The notes beneath the pieces were generated by a model, which saw nothing but the letters and a program-made list of their open reading frames with translations, had not been told where the DNA came from and did not search any database. A DNA stretch of 64,000 nucleotides from a virus (Duplodnaviria; Caudoviricetes): IMG/VR virus record IMGVR_UViG_3300029798_000001. One strand, 5' to 3'. This document shows, piece after piece, positions 39,389 to 50,150 of this stretch. The stretch's first letter is position 1; each line of letters starts with the position of its first letter. The translations under genes and the position numbers were made by a program.

Positions 39389-40079
39389 ACTTATTGTTAA
39401 AGATCGATTATTTTATAATCGATTTGAATATGCCATCGGGTTTCACTTAGATGAAGTTAGTTGTCTGCGTGAGCTCGACCATGTTTATATCGATACTATG
39501 ATCGAGCGTCGTATTGCTTGGCGTGAAATAGCACAACAGCGTATTATCGGCCCAGGTAAATCTAATTTGTTTGGACAACAGACCATACTGTCTCGCAGGC
39601 AAAAGGATATTACTGAAAAAACTGTAAGTAATCTACATGAGTTGGCCGATATACTATTAACTACTTCTGCAGATTTTAAATTAGTTGTCAGTGTTAGTAA
39701 CGGGCATGTTTATACCAACGATCGAGCACTGTTTGACCAGCTGGACAATTTAGAATACATAACACACAAAGATTATAGTCGAGCGGTTATCTGTCGGCCA
39801 ACAAATACAATACAATTAAAAAATCCAAAACATCAGTTTCGTAGCTATTTTAAAATGAGTAAATTACCGTACGAACAAAAGGATTATTTAATAAGTTTTT
39901 TATTAAATCAGCCCACAGTTAGAATTAGTCCGGCCCTGGATAGTTGGTTAATTAGTAAATTTCATAGGACCCAGGATTACTTTTTTATTGATCACAACGA
40001 ACAGTCGTGGTTAACCATGCTAAGTTTAGTATGTCCTGGATTAATAAGAAAAACTATGCAGATAATTCAGGCTAAATAG
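39363..40079 (+). CDS. hypothetical protein
   Basis: TTG start; long ORF. Confidence 0.6.
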   Translation: MINLNQQFKLIVKDRLFYNRFEYAIGFHLDEVSCLRELDHVYIDTMIERRIAWREIAQQRIIGPGKSNLFGQQTILSRRQKDITEKTVSNLHELADILLTTSADFKLVVSVSNGHVYTNDRALFDQLDNLEYITHKDYSRAVICRPTNTIQLKNPKHQFRSYFKMSKLPYEQKDYLISFLLNQPTVRISPALDSWLISKFHRTQDYFFIDHNEQSWLTMLSLVCPGLIRKTMQIIQAK

Positions 40080-40085
40080 TTGACT

Positions 40086-40250
40086 ATGGCAAAAATTAAT
40101 CAACAAAATTTGGTAGTAACTTTAAGTAGTTTGATCAAAGATTCAGACCCGGAATCCTTTATTATGTCGGCTGATGTCCTAGAACAACTAGAAGCTGTTA
40201 TTGCTGAACTTGCTGGCGCAGGTGTAATTGTGGAAATTCAACAAGTATGA
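40086..40250 (+). CDS. small hypothetical protein (54 aa, not in ORF track)
   Basis: TAAATA 7 nt upstream; ATGA overlap with the next gene. Confidence 0.7.
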   Translation: MAKINQQNLVVTLSSLIKDSDPESFIMSADVLEQLEAVIAELAGAGVIVEIQQV

Positions 40251-40615
40251 CAGTCTATACAAATTTAACCCTATTACCGTTAACTGTTAACGGAACACCA
40301 TCAGGTAACTACAATGGCACAAGTACTACATTCATAGGAAATCTTGTTCCTGCGGCCAATTATTATGCTGGGCAAGGAATAGTACAAACACTAACCTACA
40401 CAACCGATGGGTTGGTTGGAGTAATTACTATACAGGCCACACTAGAAGATAATACTCCGCAGGCCGCATGGTTTGATATAGACTCGTATGGCAACGCCAC
40501 AGTTGCTACTACTGGAACGCAATCCAATTCTGTTATTGGCAATTTCACTTATTTGCGGGCACTAATAACAGAGTTTACCGCTGGTAATATCACTATTGTA
40601 ACTACCTCATACTAA
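40247..40615 (+). CDS. probable structural protein
   Basis: Thr/Gly-rich beta protein; GNFTYLRA. Confidence 0.6.
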   Translation: MTVYTNLTLLPLTVNGTPSGNYNGTSTTFIGNLVPAANYYAGQGIVQTLTYTTDGLVGVITIQATLEDNTPQAAWFDIDSYGNATVATTGTQSNSVIGNFTYLRALITEFTAGNITIVTTSY

Positions 40616-40629
40616 TTTAGAAAGATCAT

Positions 40630-41067
40630 ATGACAACTTATCAACTCTCTTGCACGATTGGATCCACCGACACCACCGCTAAACTTGGCCTAGAAATATG
40701 GCTTGATACAAATCAATTATATAATACAGATCATGTAACAGATGTCAGTTTACCGTTGACATTTGATTTAGATGAGGACGAGGCTGCTCACGAACTACGA
40801 TTTGTAATGAAAAATAAAACTGCAGAGCATACACAAATTAACGAAACTGGTGATATTATATCCGATGCGAGACTTACAATTTCCGATCTAGCATTTGATG
40901 AAATTGCGCTGGGGCAACTGTTTATTGATCTAGCAGTATACACCCACGATTTTAATGGCACTCAAGCAGAAGCTCAAACTAAATTCTACGGTGAGATGGG
41001 CTGTAATGGCTCCGTAAGTTTAAAATTTACTAGCCCAATTTATCTATGGCTTTTAGAGCACCTGTGA
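40630..41067 (+). CDS. hypothetical protein
   Basis: C-terminus GCNGSVSLKFTSPIYLWLLEHL. Confidence 0.65.
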   Translation: MTTYQLSCTIGSTDTTAKLGLEIWLDTNQLYNTDHVTDVSLPLTFDLDEDEAAHELRFVMKNKTAEHTQINETGDIISDARLTISDLAFDEIALGQLFIDLAVYTHDFNGTQAEAQTKFYGEMGCNGSVSLKFTSPIYLWLLEHL

Positions 41068-41083
41068 CACTAAATATGTTACA

Positions 41084-42055
41084 ATGAACTATCTTGTAAT
41101 ATATCCCGGCCGTTTTCACCCTTTTCATCGCGGACATCTAGCCAGCTACGAGTATCTGACTAAAAAATATGGGCCAGAAAATGTCTATATTGCTACTAGC
41201 GATGTACAAGCACCGATTACCAGTCCGTTTAGTTATAGCGATAAAGTAGCGATGATGACTAAGTTGGGTATCCCTGCTAGTCATATTGTGCTAGTTAAAA
41301 ATCCCTATCAGCCAAAAGAAATAACAGATAATTTGCCGGTGGAAGCAAAGAACGATACAGCATTAATATTTGCAGTCAGTGCCAAAGATGGAGATAGATT
41401 TACATTTGGTACTAAAAAGAATGGCGAGCCTAGTTACATTCAACCATTACCAGAAAATCTTAAACAATTACAACCGTTAACTAAACACGCTTATGTTGAT
41501 GTAACTCCTACAGTTAATTTTAAAATCCGAGGAGTAGATGCTAACAGTGCCAGCGAAGTCCGCAAAATGTATCTTAAAGGTAGCGACGCAGACCGTGATC
41601 AAATCATAACAGAATTATACGGTACATATTATCCAGAACTACGAGATATATTTGATAAAAAACTAGGCGTCACAGAACGGGCACAAGGATTTATTAAAGA
41701 AGCCCGTGCTAGTCGTCATCCTTGTGCTGTAATAATCCTGGAAAAAATGTTGCATTTAGAGCGCCTAGCATTAAACGAATATAACGGTATGGCAGAAGGT
41801 GAAGTGATACCCTTTCCTGGAAAAGCTATTCCGCCCGACTTAGACCAAGCACAAAAATTAGCCCGTGAATTAATTGATGCTGCCTACAATGGCCACGGTG
41901 ATCCTGGTCAAAAAACGGCAGATATACGGCAACAATTACAACGCATGGGTTATAGAGTCCGTGGTGCTGGGCGTGGATTTGAACTGGTAAATGATCGATA
42001 TACATTTAAGCAGTTAATTAAGCCCTTTGATTATCTCGAAGAAAAAAAGCATTAA
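41084..42055 (+). CDS. HxGH nucleotidyltransferase (cytidylyltransferase/NMNAT-like) with appended C-terminal module
   Basis: YPGRFHPFHRGH; extra module after LNEYNGMAE-G. Confidence 0.8.
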   Translation: MNYLVIYPGRFHPFHRGHLASYEYLTKKYGPENVYIATSDVQAPITSPFSYSDKVAMMTKLGIPASHIVLVKNPYQPKEITDNLPVEAKNDTALIFAVSAKDGDRFTFGTKKNGEPSYIQPLPENLKQLQPLTKHAYVDVTPTVNFKIRGVDANSASEVRKMYLKGSDADRDQIITELYGTYYPELRDIFDKKLGVTERAQGFIKEARASRHPCAVIILEKMLHLERLALNEYNGMAEGEVIPFPGKAIPPDLDQAQKLARELIDAAYNGHGDPGQKTADIRQQLQRMGYRVRGAGRGFELVNDRYTFKQLIKPFDYLEEKKH

Positions 42056-42116
42056 CAAAATTTTAGCTATCCTGTAAACTAGTGTAAATATTCTACATTT
42101 TACATAAAAGGAAATC

Positions 42117-43022
42117 ATGGCTGAAAAAGACGCAGTACCAACAACACAAACCCCACAAATTAATCAAGTAACCGAAACACCACAACCTGGTGCTAATCAA
42201 ATTCAGGTCAATGTTGATTTTCTAAAAACCACACGAGTTCATATATGTATGCCATGTTACGGGGGCATGCTCACAGAGTCATGCTTTATGAGCTATATTA
42301 AATGGTCCAATGTTTGCCGTCAATTGGGTATTGATTGGACTATGGAAACAATGACTAACGAAAGTCTTATTTCTCGTGCCCGTAATACACTTACTGCTAA
42401 ATTTCTGCATAATAAAGATTCTACACACCTAATGTTTATTGATGCCGATATTGGTTGGGAGCCATGGCATTTGTTAGCCATGTTAAACCGCGATGTGGAT
42501 GTTATTGGTGGATTATACCCAATGAAATCCCTGCCAGTTAAGTGGTGTGTTAATGGCTTTGAAGGTGCCGAAGAAGGCCCAGATGGCCTACAAGAAGTTA
42601 CTAAAACTGGTACAGGATTCTTGTTGATCAAGCGTGATGTATTCTCTAAGTTAGATGCACATCCGGCAGTTAAACCGTTTATGAATGATATTGGATTACC
42701 AGCAGAACTTAATCCGTTTATGAAAACTTACTTCGACACAGCAGTCCGTGAAAATCGCTACTACAGCGAAGATTGGACATTCTGCGAAAACTTCAGGGAT
42801 ATTGGTGGTAAGATTTGGGTAGACAAGCGTATTCTGCTCAGGCACACAGGTACCTATGTATTTGACTTTGCTACCCAGGATCAACTCTACAAAGATCTCC
42901 ATGTATTGGCCTTGGCAAATGGCGCGGCATTACCGGGTGCTGGCGGAGTAGCAGCACCAGTTGATGTACCGGCTGTACCCGCAGCTAAAGTATTAGCATC
43001 AAGTAAAAAGAAAAAGAAGTAA
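42117..43022 (+). CDS. glycosyltransferase-like protein (GT-A fold)
   Basis: SLISRARN, HLMFIDADIGW (DxD), TGTGFLLIKR, YSEDWTFC. Confidence 0.75.
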   Translation: MAEKDAVPTTQTPQINQVTETPQPGANQIQVNVDFLKTTRVHICMPCYGGMLTESCFMSYIKWSNVCRQLGIDWTMETMTNESLISRARNTLTAKFLHNKDSTHLMFIDADIGWEPWHLLAMLNRDVDVIGGLYPMKSLPVKWCVNGFEGAEEGPDGLQEVTKTGTGFLLIKRDVFSKLDAHPAVKPFMNDIGLPAELNPFMKTYFDTAVRENRYYSEDWTFCENFRDIGGKIWVDKRILLRHTGTYVFDFATQDQLYKDLHVLALANGAALPGAGGVAAPVDVPAVPAAKVLASSKKKKK

Positions 43023-43046
43023 TTAGTAATCCTGCTATTATACAAG

Positions 43047-43072
43047 AGCCGCTATCTAAGCGGCTTTTGTTT
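43047..43072 (+). terminator. intrinsic terminator
   Basis: AGCCGC-TATCTAA-GCGGCT followed by TTTGTTT. Confidence 0.75.
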
Positions 43073-43090
43073 ATCCGGTAAATACATACT

Positions 43091-46000
43091 ATGAATATTC
43101 AAGAATTGGATTCCTACAACCTTGGCGATGCTGTTAAGTTTAACAAGAAGTTAAACCCTCGGCTGTGGGGCAAAGACGAACATTTACTGCCGGAAGTGCG
43201 CGATCATCTATTAAAAATAGCCGATGATTTCCGCGAGTTCCTTGGAGTGACCGACCTACAACTAAAAGATATTACTATAAGTGGTTCAAATGCTGCCTAC
43301 ACCTATACTCCACATTCCGACATTGATCTACATTTAGTTGTAGATTTACCCGAAGCAGATGGGTCGGAAGTTTACCGTGAATTATTCGATGCCAAAAAGT
43401 ACCAATATAATGATATGCACCATATTAAAATTGGTGGATATGACATTGAAGTGTATGTACAAGATGCTAACAAGCCACATCGCAGTCAAGGTATCTATTC
43501 TATATTAAACAACCGATGGGTCGATGTACCTAAGCGTCGTCGACCCGAAGTAGATGACATCAGTATACGCAGTAAGTATGAAGATTTAAACCATCGTATT
43601 GAAGACGCGATTAAATCTAATAACCCCGACACAATAGGTGCATTGGCAAAAAAGATCAGCGATCTAAGACAAGCGGGCCTAGATGAACATGGCGAGTTTG
43701 GTCCAGAAAATCTAGCATTTAAAATGTTGCGTAGCCAGGGCATCATACAAAAATTATACGATGCTCGCAATGCCGCCAAAGATCACGAACTAAGTCTTAA
43801 AGAAAAAGCACCTCCAACAAGAGTTACATATGGATTTAAGACTCCGACTGTGGTAGAAGATGTTGGCATGTCGTGGGATGGCGTTAGCCCTAGTACTAAG
43901 ATGTTCCTAAGTGAAACAGAGTCAGACGAAGAAATACTTAAAGACTTTATTGAATTTTGCGTTAAAGAATTAAAAATTGAAAAGATGCCCGCGATCAAGT
44001 TGCGTAAAGATCCGCAATGGCCAGTGGTACACAAAACATTTGGTCGTTATATAAATGACCGGCACTTATTAGAAGTAGCCTGGGGTTCCCGCCATATTAT
44101 GGATGTACTACGCACTGTAGCCCACGAACTTACACATCGTCATCAACACGAGCGTGATGGCAACCGCATGGGACCCGAAGCTGGTGAAACTGGTAGTCCA
44201 TGGGAAAACGAAGCCAATGCCCGTGCCGGCGTACTAATGCGTGACTATGCTAGACTACATCCTGACTATTTTGCTGTAGGACAAGCCCAAGGCTTACACG
44301 CCGATGAGGTAACAGAAGCTTCTGTTATACAAAATCGTTTGCCGCCTAAGTTGGTAATAGGCGGCTATACATTTGTTCTTAATCCAACTACCCGCAATGT
44401 TACTGTTACTCATGGTGGCAAACCTTTTACTACCTACCATTATACTGGACTTAACAACTACGAATCATATGCAGATATTGCTTATCGTAAAATAGATCAA
44501 ACCAAATCAAGCGAGTTGGCAGATATAGCTAAAAGAGATCGTGCCAGCCCCACAGCGGCTCAACGTAGTTTTGAATACCCAACTGATTCCAGATATCAAG
44601 TTGCCATGCCCAATCAAGATCTTGACCAACTATATCGTCAGCACGATCAAGCAACAGCGCAACACGGAATCGTGGGCGGCATTACAGATTTTGGCAAATA
44701 CAGTTCCTTGGCCAAACGACGTAGACAGGCCGCACAAGCACAGGCCGACGAAGTTAAAGAAGCCAATCCAAATCAACAGTTGTCTTTGTATCGACCTGAT
44801 GGCACCACATACCGTGGTGAAAAAATGCCAGTGTTAGATCCAAACGATTTCCACAGTGACACCAATCCTCGAAAGCGTGTTGATCAAGTTACCCATCAAG
44901 ACTTAGCCAACAGGACTGCACCTGACCTGGTGGATCCTATTGAGCGGACTGAACGCAAGATTGACTTGGACCGATTAAAAAATGTAATTCGTGCCAACAT
45001 GAAAGATCTACTGTCAACTGAAACAGCAGTATTAAACATGCGTTACTGGAAAGACTTGACCTTGGAACAAACTGCACAAGCTCTGGGACTCACTCCTGAG
45101 CGTGTAAGACAAATAGAAGCCAAGGCCTTGAGAAAATTGCGGCATTTTTCCAAGAGCGATCAATTAAAACCGTTTGTAGAACCGCGGCTCACATGGCCAG
45201 GCATAAAAGAAGCTGTGGGCTACATTCCTACCGCGGCAGAAAAAAATGATCCTAGATTCAGCATGGCACTTACACAGGATATCCGTCCAGGACAACTAGG
45301 CAAAGAAGCAAACAAATTAAAATTAAAAACCAACAGTCAAGGCCAGCCGCAGATAGCTAATCCCAATGGCCTGTTTGAGAAATTAGCACTAGAGTTAGCA
45401 CAATTTAAAACGGTATCAGAGTCAGTAGAACAGTTAGACGAAGTGCGTATGGCTCCTAGCAACCTAATGCAGTGGGCCACCAGTCCAGAAGCCAAAGGCG
45501 TCCGTGCTGGTTTTGAAGCAGAGTTAATTTTCCGTGACACACAGCGTGATGATGACGAAGACTATGAAATGGAACCCGACTATGATCAAGATGAGCGTTG
45601 CCGTAGTATCAGTCAAGTAATAGACTTTTTTGGCGGTGGTGACTATGGCATGAGTAGTCGTGCATTAAACCGATTGCAGGAACAACTAGATGAAGCCTAC
45701 ATGGAGTGGCTTGATGAACAAATGATCTCTGACTTCAAACACGAAGCCGAAGATTTAATTCGTAAAGTATTAGTTGACGAAGGCGATTGGGATCTTGACA
45801 ACGAAATACAAAAGCAGTTGGCATTGATAGACGACCTAACAGATGACCAAATGAATGCTATTATACAAGCTGGCGAGCGGGCTCCTAAGTTTACAAGCAG
45901 TAAAGAAAAGGTATTATACGCAGAAGCTAATCCGTTATATGAAAAGTATTTAGATGCACAAGAAGAAGCCGAAGACCTGTTAGATGAGTTAGTTCAAGAT

Positions 46001-47851
46001 CATCTTAAAGCACAAGATGGTATTTACGATGCTGCCCTAGATGATTTCCGCGACAATTATTACATTGATGATGATAGTGGGTTTTTTGACGATGCCGGCC
46101 TACGATATATGAGTGACATAGCCAATAACTATGATGCAGAATGGCCCTACATGACCGGCGGTAATTCAGGCTCTGGCAGTCGTGATTGGGATAGCCTTAA
46201 AGATAGTTTAGAAAATACTATTGATATGCCAGTTAAAGTTAGCTCGGGCTATCACAATGCCACACGCAAAGAAGGTTTATGGATTATTGAACCTGATTCA
46301 AGCCTAACACCCGATGACTCCGATGACATGGGACTAGAAATCGTAAGTCCACCTATGCCACTATTGATGGCCCTGGAAAAATTACAAGCAGTCACAGACT
46401 GGGCCAACAGCGATACGGGCAATGCCTACACTAATAGTTCAACTGGCCTACACATGGGCGTTAGTGTTCCATTTAAAGGTGGTGATGTTGACTATCTTAA
46501 ACTAATCCTGTTCCTAGGTGACGAATATGTATTACAGAAGTTTGGTCGCGAAGCCAATACCTACTGTAAATCAGCTATGAGCAAGTTTAAAGAAAATATC
46601 AAAGGTGGTCGTGCTGACCCAGCAGGTGCGCTAAAACTCATGCAACACGGCCTACTTGAACTGGCACATAAAGAAATACAAAAAGGTGTAGGCGATGGCA
46701 AGTATACTTCGGCACATATACAAAACGGCTATATTGAATTCCGTAGTCCAGGTGGTGATTGGTTAGCTGAAGAGTCGGCTGACCCAGAAGTATTACAAAA
46801 CACTATGTTGCGTTTTGCCCGTGCTATGAGTCTTGCCGCTAACCCCAGTGAAGAACGCAGAGAATATGCCAAGAAGTTATACAAGTTAATTGCTCCTGAA
46901 GGTGACAGCGAGTTTGCATTGTTTAGTCAGTTTGCCGCGGGCGAACTCTCAGCAGAACAACTTAAGAAGCGTTGGGCTGAAAAGACCATCGGCACTGAAA
47001 AGAAAATGAATCAGCGTTGGCAATTATTCCAATTTGATAAGATTGCTGACCAATGGTTGCCAGTTCCCGGGCAGAGCTATAATGGCTACTCCGAAGATGA
47101 AGTTAAAAATAGAATATGGAGTAAGTTTGGGCGTGAAGCACTAGACTCCGGCGAATACGAACTACGCAACATGAGTGAAGACCAGCAGTGGGAAGTCTAC
47201 GATGTAAACACTGGTGAGACACTTGAGATTGTTGCAGGTAAGAACAAGGGCGAAGTAGCCGACAAAGTCTACGACAAGTATGCGGAGCAGGGAATTGGAT
47301 TTAATGTTCGACCATACGAAGATCCGGCAACAATGACTCCTCGTGCCAAGTTGGCCAAGCGTATTGCAACCAAGAAACCAGAACCGCAAAAACCTGCACA
47401 GGCTACAAACGAACGCGGTGTTCCTTATTGGGAAGTATATGAACTTGAAACTGGACATGTTGTCCATACTTTACTAAGCGACGATCTACCAGACGCTGTC
47501 ACAGACGCATACAATTGGCTGACTAGCATTGGTGCTGAACAACCAGACCTGTTTAAAGTGCGTCCTAAAATGAATGCCGACACTCCGGTCAAAGACATTG
47601 CACCCGATGTTGCTCAGAACTTTGGAGACGATTCAATGGCCGCCTACGAGAGGAACAGTGATCGCATTGATGCTATCAGAGCCGGACAAAATGCTACAGA
47701 CAGAGTAGGGTCCTGGAGCATATACGATGTTACCTTGGGGCGTGAAATCAGCAGAATGACCGATGTTCCGTGGCAAGAAGCCAGTGATCGTGCCGACATG
47801 CTCGAACGCAGTACTGGACATAATATGTCGGTCAGAGGGTTATCAGCATGA
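43091..47851 (+). CDS. giant polyvalent protein: Pol-beta nucleotidyltransferase, zincin metallopeptidase, sigma70 region 4, amidoligase and small modules
   Basis: GSNAAYTYTPHSDIDLH; HELTH; LTLEQTAQALGLTPERVRQIEAKALRKLR; GFEAE/EIVSPP/TGLHMGVS/IEFRSPG. Confidence 0.8.
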   Translation: MNIQELDSYNLGDAVKFNKKLNPRLWGKDEHLLPEVRDHLLKIADDFREFLGVTDLQLKDITISGSNAAYTYTPHSDIDLHLVVDLPEADGSEVYRELFDAKKYQYNDMHHIKIGGYDIEVYVQDANKPHRSQGIYSILNNRWVDVPKRRRPEVDDISIRSKYEDLNHRIEDAIKSNNPDTIGALAKKISDLRQAGLDEHGEFGPENLAFKMLRSQGIIQKLYDARNAAKDHELSLKEKAPPTRVTYGFKTPTVVEDVGMSWDGVSPSTKMFLSETESDEEILKDFIEFCVKELKIEKMPAIKLRKDPQWPVVHKTFGRYINDRHLLEVAWGSRHIMDVLRTVAHELTHRHQHERDGNRMGPEAGETGSPWENEANARAGVLMRDYARLHPDYFAVGQAQGLHADEVTEASVIQNRLPPKLVIGGYTFVLNPTTRNVTVTHGGKPFTTYHYTGLNNYESYADIAYRKIDQTKSSELADIAKRDRASPTAAQRSFEYPTDSRYQVAMPNQDLDQLYRQHDQATAQHGIVGGITDFGKYSSLAKRRRQAAQAQADEVKEANPNQQLSLYRPDGTTYRGEKMPVLDPNDFHSDTNPRKRVDQVTHQDLANRTAPDLVDPIERTERKIDLDRLKNVIRANMKDLLSTETAVLNMRYWKDLTLEQTAQALGLTPERVRQIEAKALRKLRHFSKSDQLKPFVEPRLTWPGIKEAVGYIPTAAEKNDPRFSMALTQDIRPGQLGKEANKLKLKTNSQGQPQIANPNGLFEKLALELAQFKTVSESVEQLDEVRMAPSNLMQWATSPEAKGVRAGFEAELIFRDTQRDDDEDYEMEPDYDQDERCRSISQVIDFFGGGDYGMSSRALNRLQEQLDEAYMEWLDEQMISDFKHEAEDLIRKVLVDEGDWDLDNEIQKQLALIDDLTDDQMNAIIQAGERAPKFTSSKEKVLYAEANPLYEKYLDAQEEAEDLLDELVQDHLKAQDGIYDAALDDFRDNYYIDDDSGFFDDAGLRYMSDIANNYDAEWPYMTGGNSGSGSRDWDSLKDSLENTIDMPVKVSSGYHNATRKEGLWIIEPDSSLTPDDSDDMGLEIVSPPMPLLMALEKLQAVTDWANSDTGNAYTNSSTGLHMGVSVPFKGGDVDYLKLILFLGDEYVLQKFGREANTYCKSAMSKFKENIKGGRADPAGALKLMQHGLLELAHKEIQKGVGDGKYTSAHIQNGYIEFRSPGGDWLAEESADPEVLQNTMLRFARAMSLAANPSEERREYAKKLYKLIAPEGDSEFALFSQFAAGELSAEQLKKRWAEKTIGTEKKMNQRWQLFQFDKIADQWLPVPGQSYNGYSEDEVKNRIWSKFGREALDSGEYELRNMSEDQQWEVYDVNTGETLEIVAGKNKGEVADKVYDKYAEQGIGFNVRPYEDPATMTPRAKLAKRIATKKPEPQKPAQATNERGVPYWEVYELETGHVVHTLLSDDLPDAVTDAYNWLTSIGAEQPDLFKVRPKMNADTPVKDIAPDVAQNFGDDSMAAYERNSDRIDAIRAGQNATDRVGSWSIYDVTLGREISRMTDVPWQEASDRADMLERSTGHNMSVRGLSA

Positions 47852-48807
47852 GAGCCCAAGAGTTTATCTTTGAAGAGTATCAACCGAAGCCTGCAACATT
47901 TGCCGACGGTACTCTTAAGCTGAGCCGTCATTTGTTGACTCGTAGTGCCCAGAGAGAAATTTCCATGCCAGATATAATGGCAGTACTACAACGACTCGAA
48001 GCATTGCGTGGCAAAGATCTACGGCAGTTACCCCCAACTGGTTTTATCGTTAAAACACCAAATGATTTTGAATTGGCTATAATTAAAAGCCAGGATATCA
48101 ATACTAAAAAAATAGAATATGTAGTAGCAACAGTTCGTAAACGATTAACACCTAGCCCAGGCCAACGAATTATATATTTAGAAGATCAAGTAGACGAAGG
48201 CTGGCGAGATGTAGCTGCTGGTGTTGCTACGGCTGGAGCACTGGCTCTAGGATCTCCACAGGCTGATGCTAAAGCTATGCCCGGGCCAGGCCCGTCAATA
48301 CAAGCGCAAGCGGCAATGACACCCGTAGACAAATTACGAACTGCCGCAAAGGCCAATGGCATTCAAGGCACAGAGTTAGCACAATTCCTAGCACAGTGCG
48401 CCCACGAAAGTGCCGATTTTAATAGCATGGAAGAACATGGTGATTCCAATTACTTTGCCAAAAAATACGATCCTAATTATGCTCCAAAGACAGCCAGGAT
48501 ACTGGGCAACACACAAGTTGGTGACGGTGAACGCTACAAGGGCCGTGGCTTTATACAACTAACTGGCCGTGACAATTATACCCGAGCCGGGAAGGCATTG
48601 AACTTACCATTGGCGGATAATCCAGCACTAGCAGCTCGTCCAGATGTTGCCGCTGTGATAGCTGTATGGTATTGGAAGAATCGTGTGGCCAGTAAAGTAA
48701 AGAATTTCCACAACACTCGACAGGTAACCCGTGCTATCAATCCTGCGGCTAAAGGCCTACAATCACGGAAGGATCAATTTAAAGCATATCAGGTGGCCCA
48801 ACGATGA
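47848..48807 (+). CDS. probable virion protein with C-terminal GH19 lysozyme/chitinase domain
   Basis: MRAQEFIFEE N-terminus; AQFLAQCAHES, YKGRGFIQLTGRDNY, IN. Confidence 0.85.
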   Translation: MRAQEFIFEEYQPKPATFADGTLKLSRHLLTRSAQREISMPDIMAVLQRLEALRGKDLRQLPPTGFIVKTPNDFELAIIKSQDINTKKIEYVVATVRKRLTPSPGQRIIYLEDQVDEGWRDVAAGVATAGALALGSPQADAKAMPGPGPSIQAQAAMTPVDKLRTAAKANGIQGTELAQFLAQCAHESADFNSMEEHGDSNYFAKKYDPNYAPKTARILGNTQVGDGERYKGRGFIQLTGRDNYTRAGKALNLPLADNPALAARPDVAAVIAVWYWKNRVASKVKNFHNTRQVTRAINPAAKGLQSRKDQFKAYQVAQR

Positions 48808-49409
48808 GATTATACGAAATAGCCCGCATACCACAAAGCGAACTAGGTGACTGGGGCGATAAGGATACACTTGAGCCAATGACTACTCCGCCCAAGAATC
48901 GTCGACCCCTACCCGGTGGTAGTGGCTACACTTATGCTGTAAACCGAGGCGATCCCGAGTTTATGGAGATTATGATTTTTGAAGGTGACACATTGGCCGC
49001 AGAACTAGATTTATTTGCCACTCTTGACCCGTTAAAGACCTGGCGTGTCGAAACTGTAATAACCGATCCAGACTATCGTGGCAAGGGTTTAGGCAAAGCC
49101 TTGTATGGTATTGCTCTTAACATACTTAAACTTACAATTGAAGCCGGAGAAACACAGACCAAATTTGGACAACAGATGTGGCTTATGTTAAGCAGTATTC
49201 CCGGAGTAGAAGTCCTGGGTTATGCTATGGAATCAACTGATAGGTATCGTCCAAGACCGGGCGATCAAGTGGTAGATAAAAATGATACCTGGACTCGCTA
49301 TACATTCCCTGTAGAGCCCGGACGGCGTAGCATGCGTAGTACACGCCGCGGAACTGGCATTTATAGTAGTCAGTACGTTAGCATGATAGCAAAGTGGACA
49401 GGCCAATGA
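48804..49409 (+). CDS. GNAT acetyltransferase-like protein
   Basis: PDYRGKGLGKALY acetyl-CoA-binding motif. Confidence 0.75.
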   Translation: MRLYEIARIPQSELGDWGDKDTLEPMTTPPKNRRPLPGGSGYTYAVNRGDPEFMEIMIFEGDTLAAELDLFATLDPLKTWRVETVITDPDYRGKGLGKALYGIALNILKLTIEAGETQTKFGQQMWLMLSSIPGVEVLGYAMESTDRYRPRPGDQVVDKNDTWTRYTFPVEPGRRSMRSTRRGTGIYSSQYVSMIAKWTGQ

Positions 49410-49618
49410 GATTCCAAGAAATCCTCGAAGCTGTAAAAACCAACCCTGGTACAAATTATAAACTATGGGTGGCATCAGTTAAGATCAAACAACCTAACTA
49501 TGTGGGCTATATCGATGTCACTGCTACAGCTCCCAATATCCAAATAGCCCGTACACTAATGAAAGCCCAGTACGGTGTACAAGACTGGGAAATTGGCAGT
49601 ATCAAAGAAGTAAAATAA
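49406..49618 (+). CDS. small hypothetical protein
   Basis: Likely start MRFQEILE at 49406. Confidence 0.6.
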   Translation: MRFQEILEAVKTNPGTNYKLWVASVKIKQPNYVGYIDVTATAPNIQIARTLMKAQYGVQDWEIGSIKEVK

Positions 49619-49657
49619 GACTACATACCCACCAAGTAAAATTGCACTAAATACAGC

Positions 49658-49951
49658 ATGACCAAGCAATTTATCCGTTTGCTGTGTGATGTTGATTGTG
49701 AGTGGGAAAGTTTCCCACCCATATATCGTGCCTATGTCAACGACGAATTGTTTGCGGAACGCACCTGGCTGTGGACCGATTGTTATCTCGAAGAACTGTT
49801 TCAGATTGAAGCCGAGCCCGGTGAATACACTATACGCTATGAATTAGTTCCTCCACATCTGGCCCGGCTAACTGTGAAAAATATGCGTGTAGATCACGGC
49901 CCAGGAACCGTGGATAATAATGTATTAAGGATTACCAATGAGACTACATGA
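49658..49951 (+). CDS. hypothetical protein
   Basis: TAAATA 4 nt before ATG. Confidence 0.65.
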   Translation: MTKQFIRLLCDVDCEWESFPPIYRAYVNDELFAERTWLWTDCYLEELFQIEAEPGEYTIRYELVPPHLARLTVKNMRVDHGPGTVDNNVLRITNETT

Positions 49952-50150
49952 ATTTGTTGATTTAAAAGAAGACGGCGGTGCCAGCAGTGGAAGCACTTGT
50001 AGCGGCAGTATAGCCCCTGTAGTTACTGCGTTAGGCGGTACGATTAGTAGAAATAGCGGTAGTTTCTTTAGTGGAGTAAGCACCTCAGATCCGACCCCAA
50101 ACACACCTAAAAAATATAAAAAAAAATCTAGGTTTCAGAATAGTCTTTAA
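49938..50150 (+). CDS. small hypothetical protein, possible internal head protein
   Basis: MRLHEFVDLKE-DGGASSG; 3' end overlaps the convergent endonuclease gene. Confidence 0.6.
   Translation: MRLHEFVDLKEDGGASSGSTCSGSIAPVVTALGGTISRNSGSFFSGVSTSDPTPNTPKKYKKKSRFQNSL

Noticed and set aside
41084-42055. NAD-reconstitution anti-defence pathway
   Set aside because: Only a generic HxGH transferase is present; no Nampt or ADPR-PP synthase partner is visible in the window.
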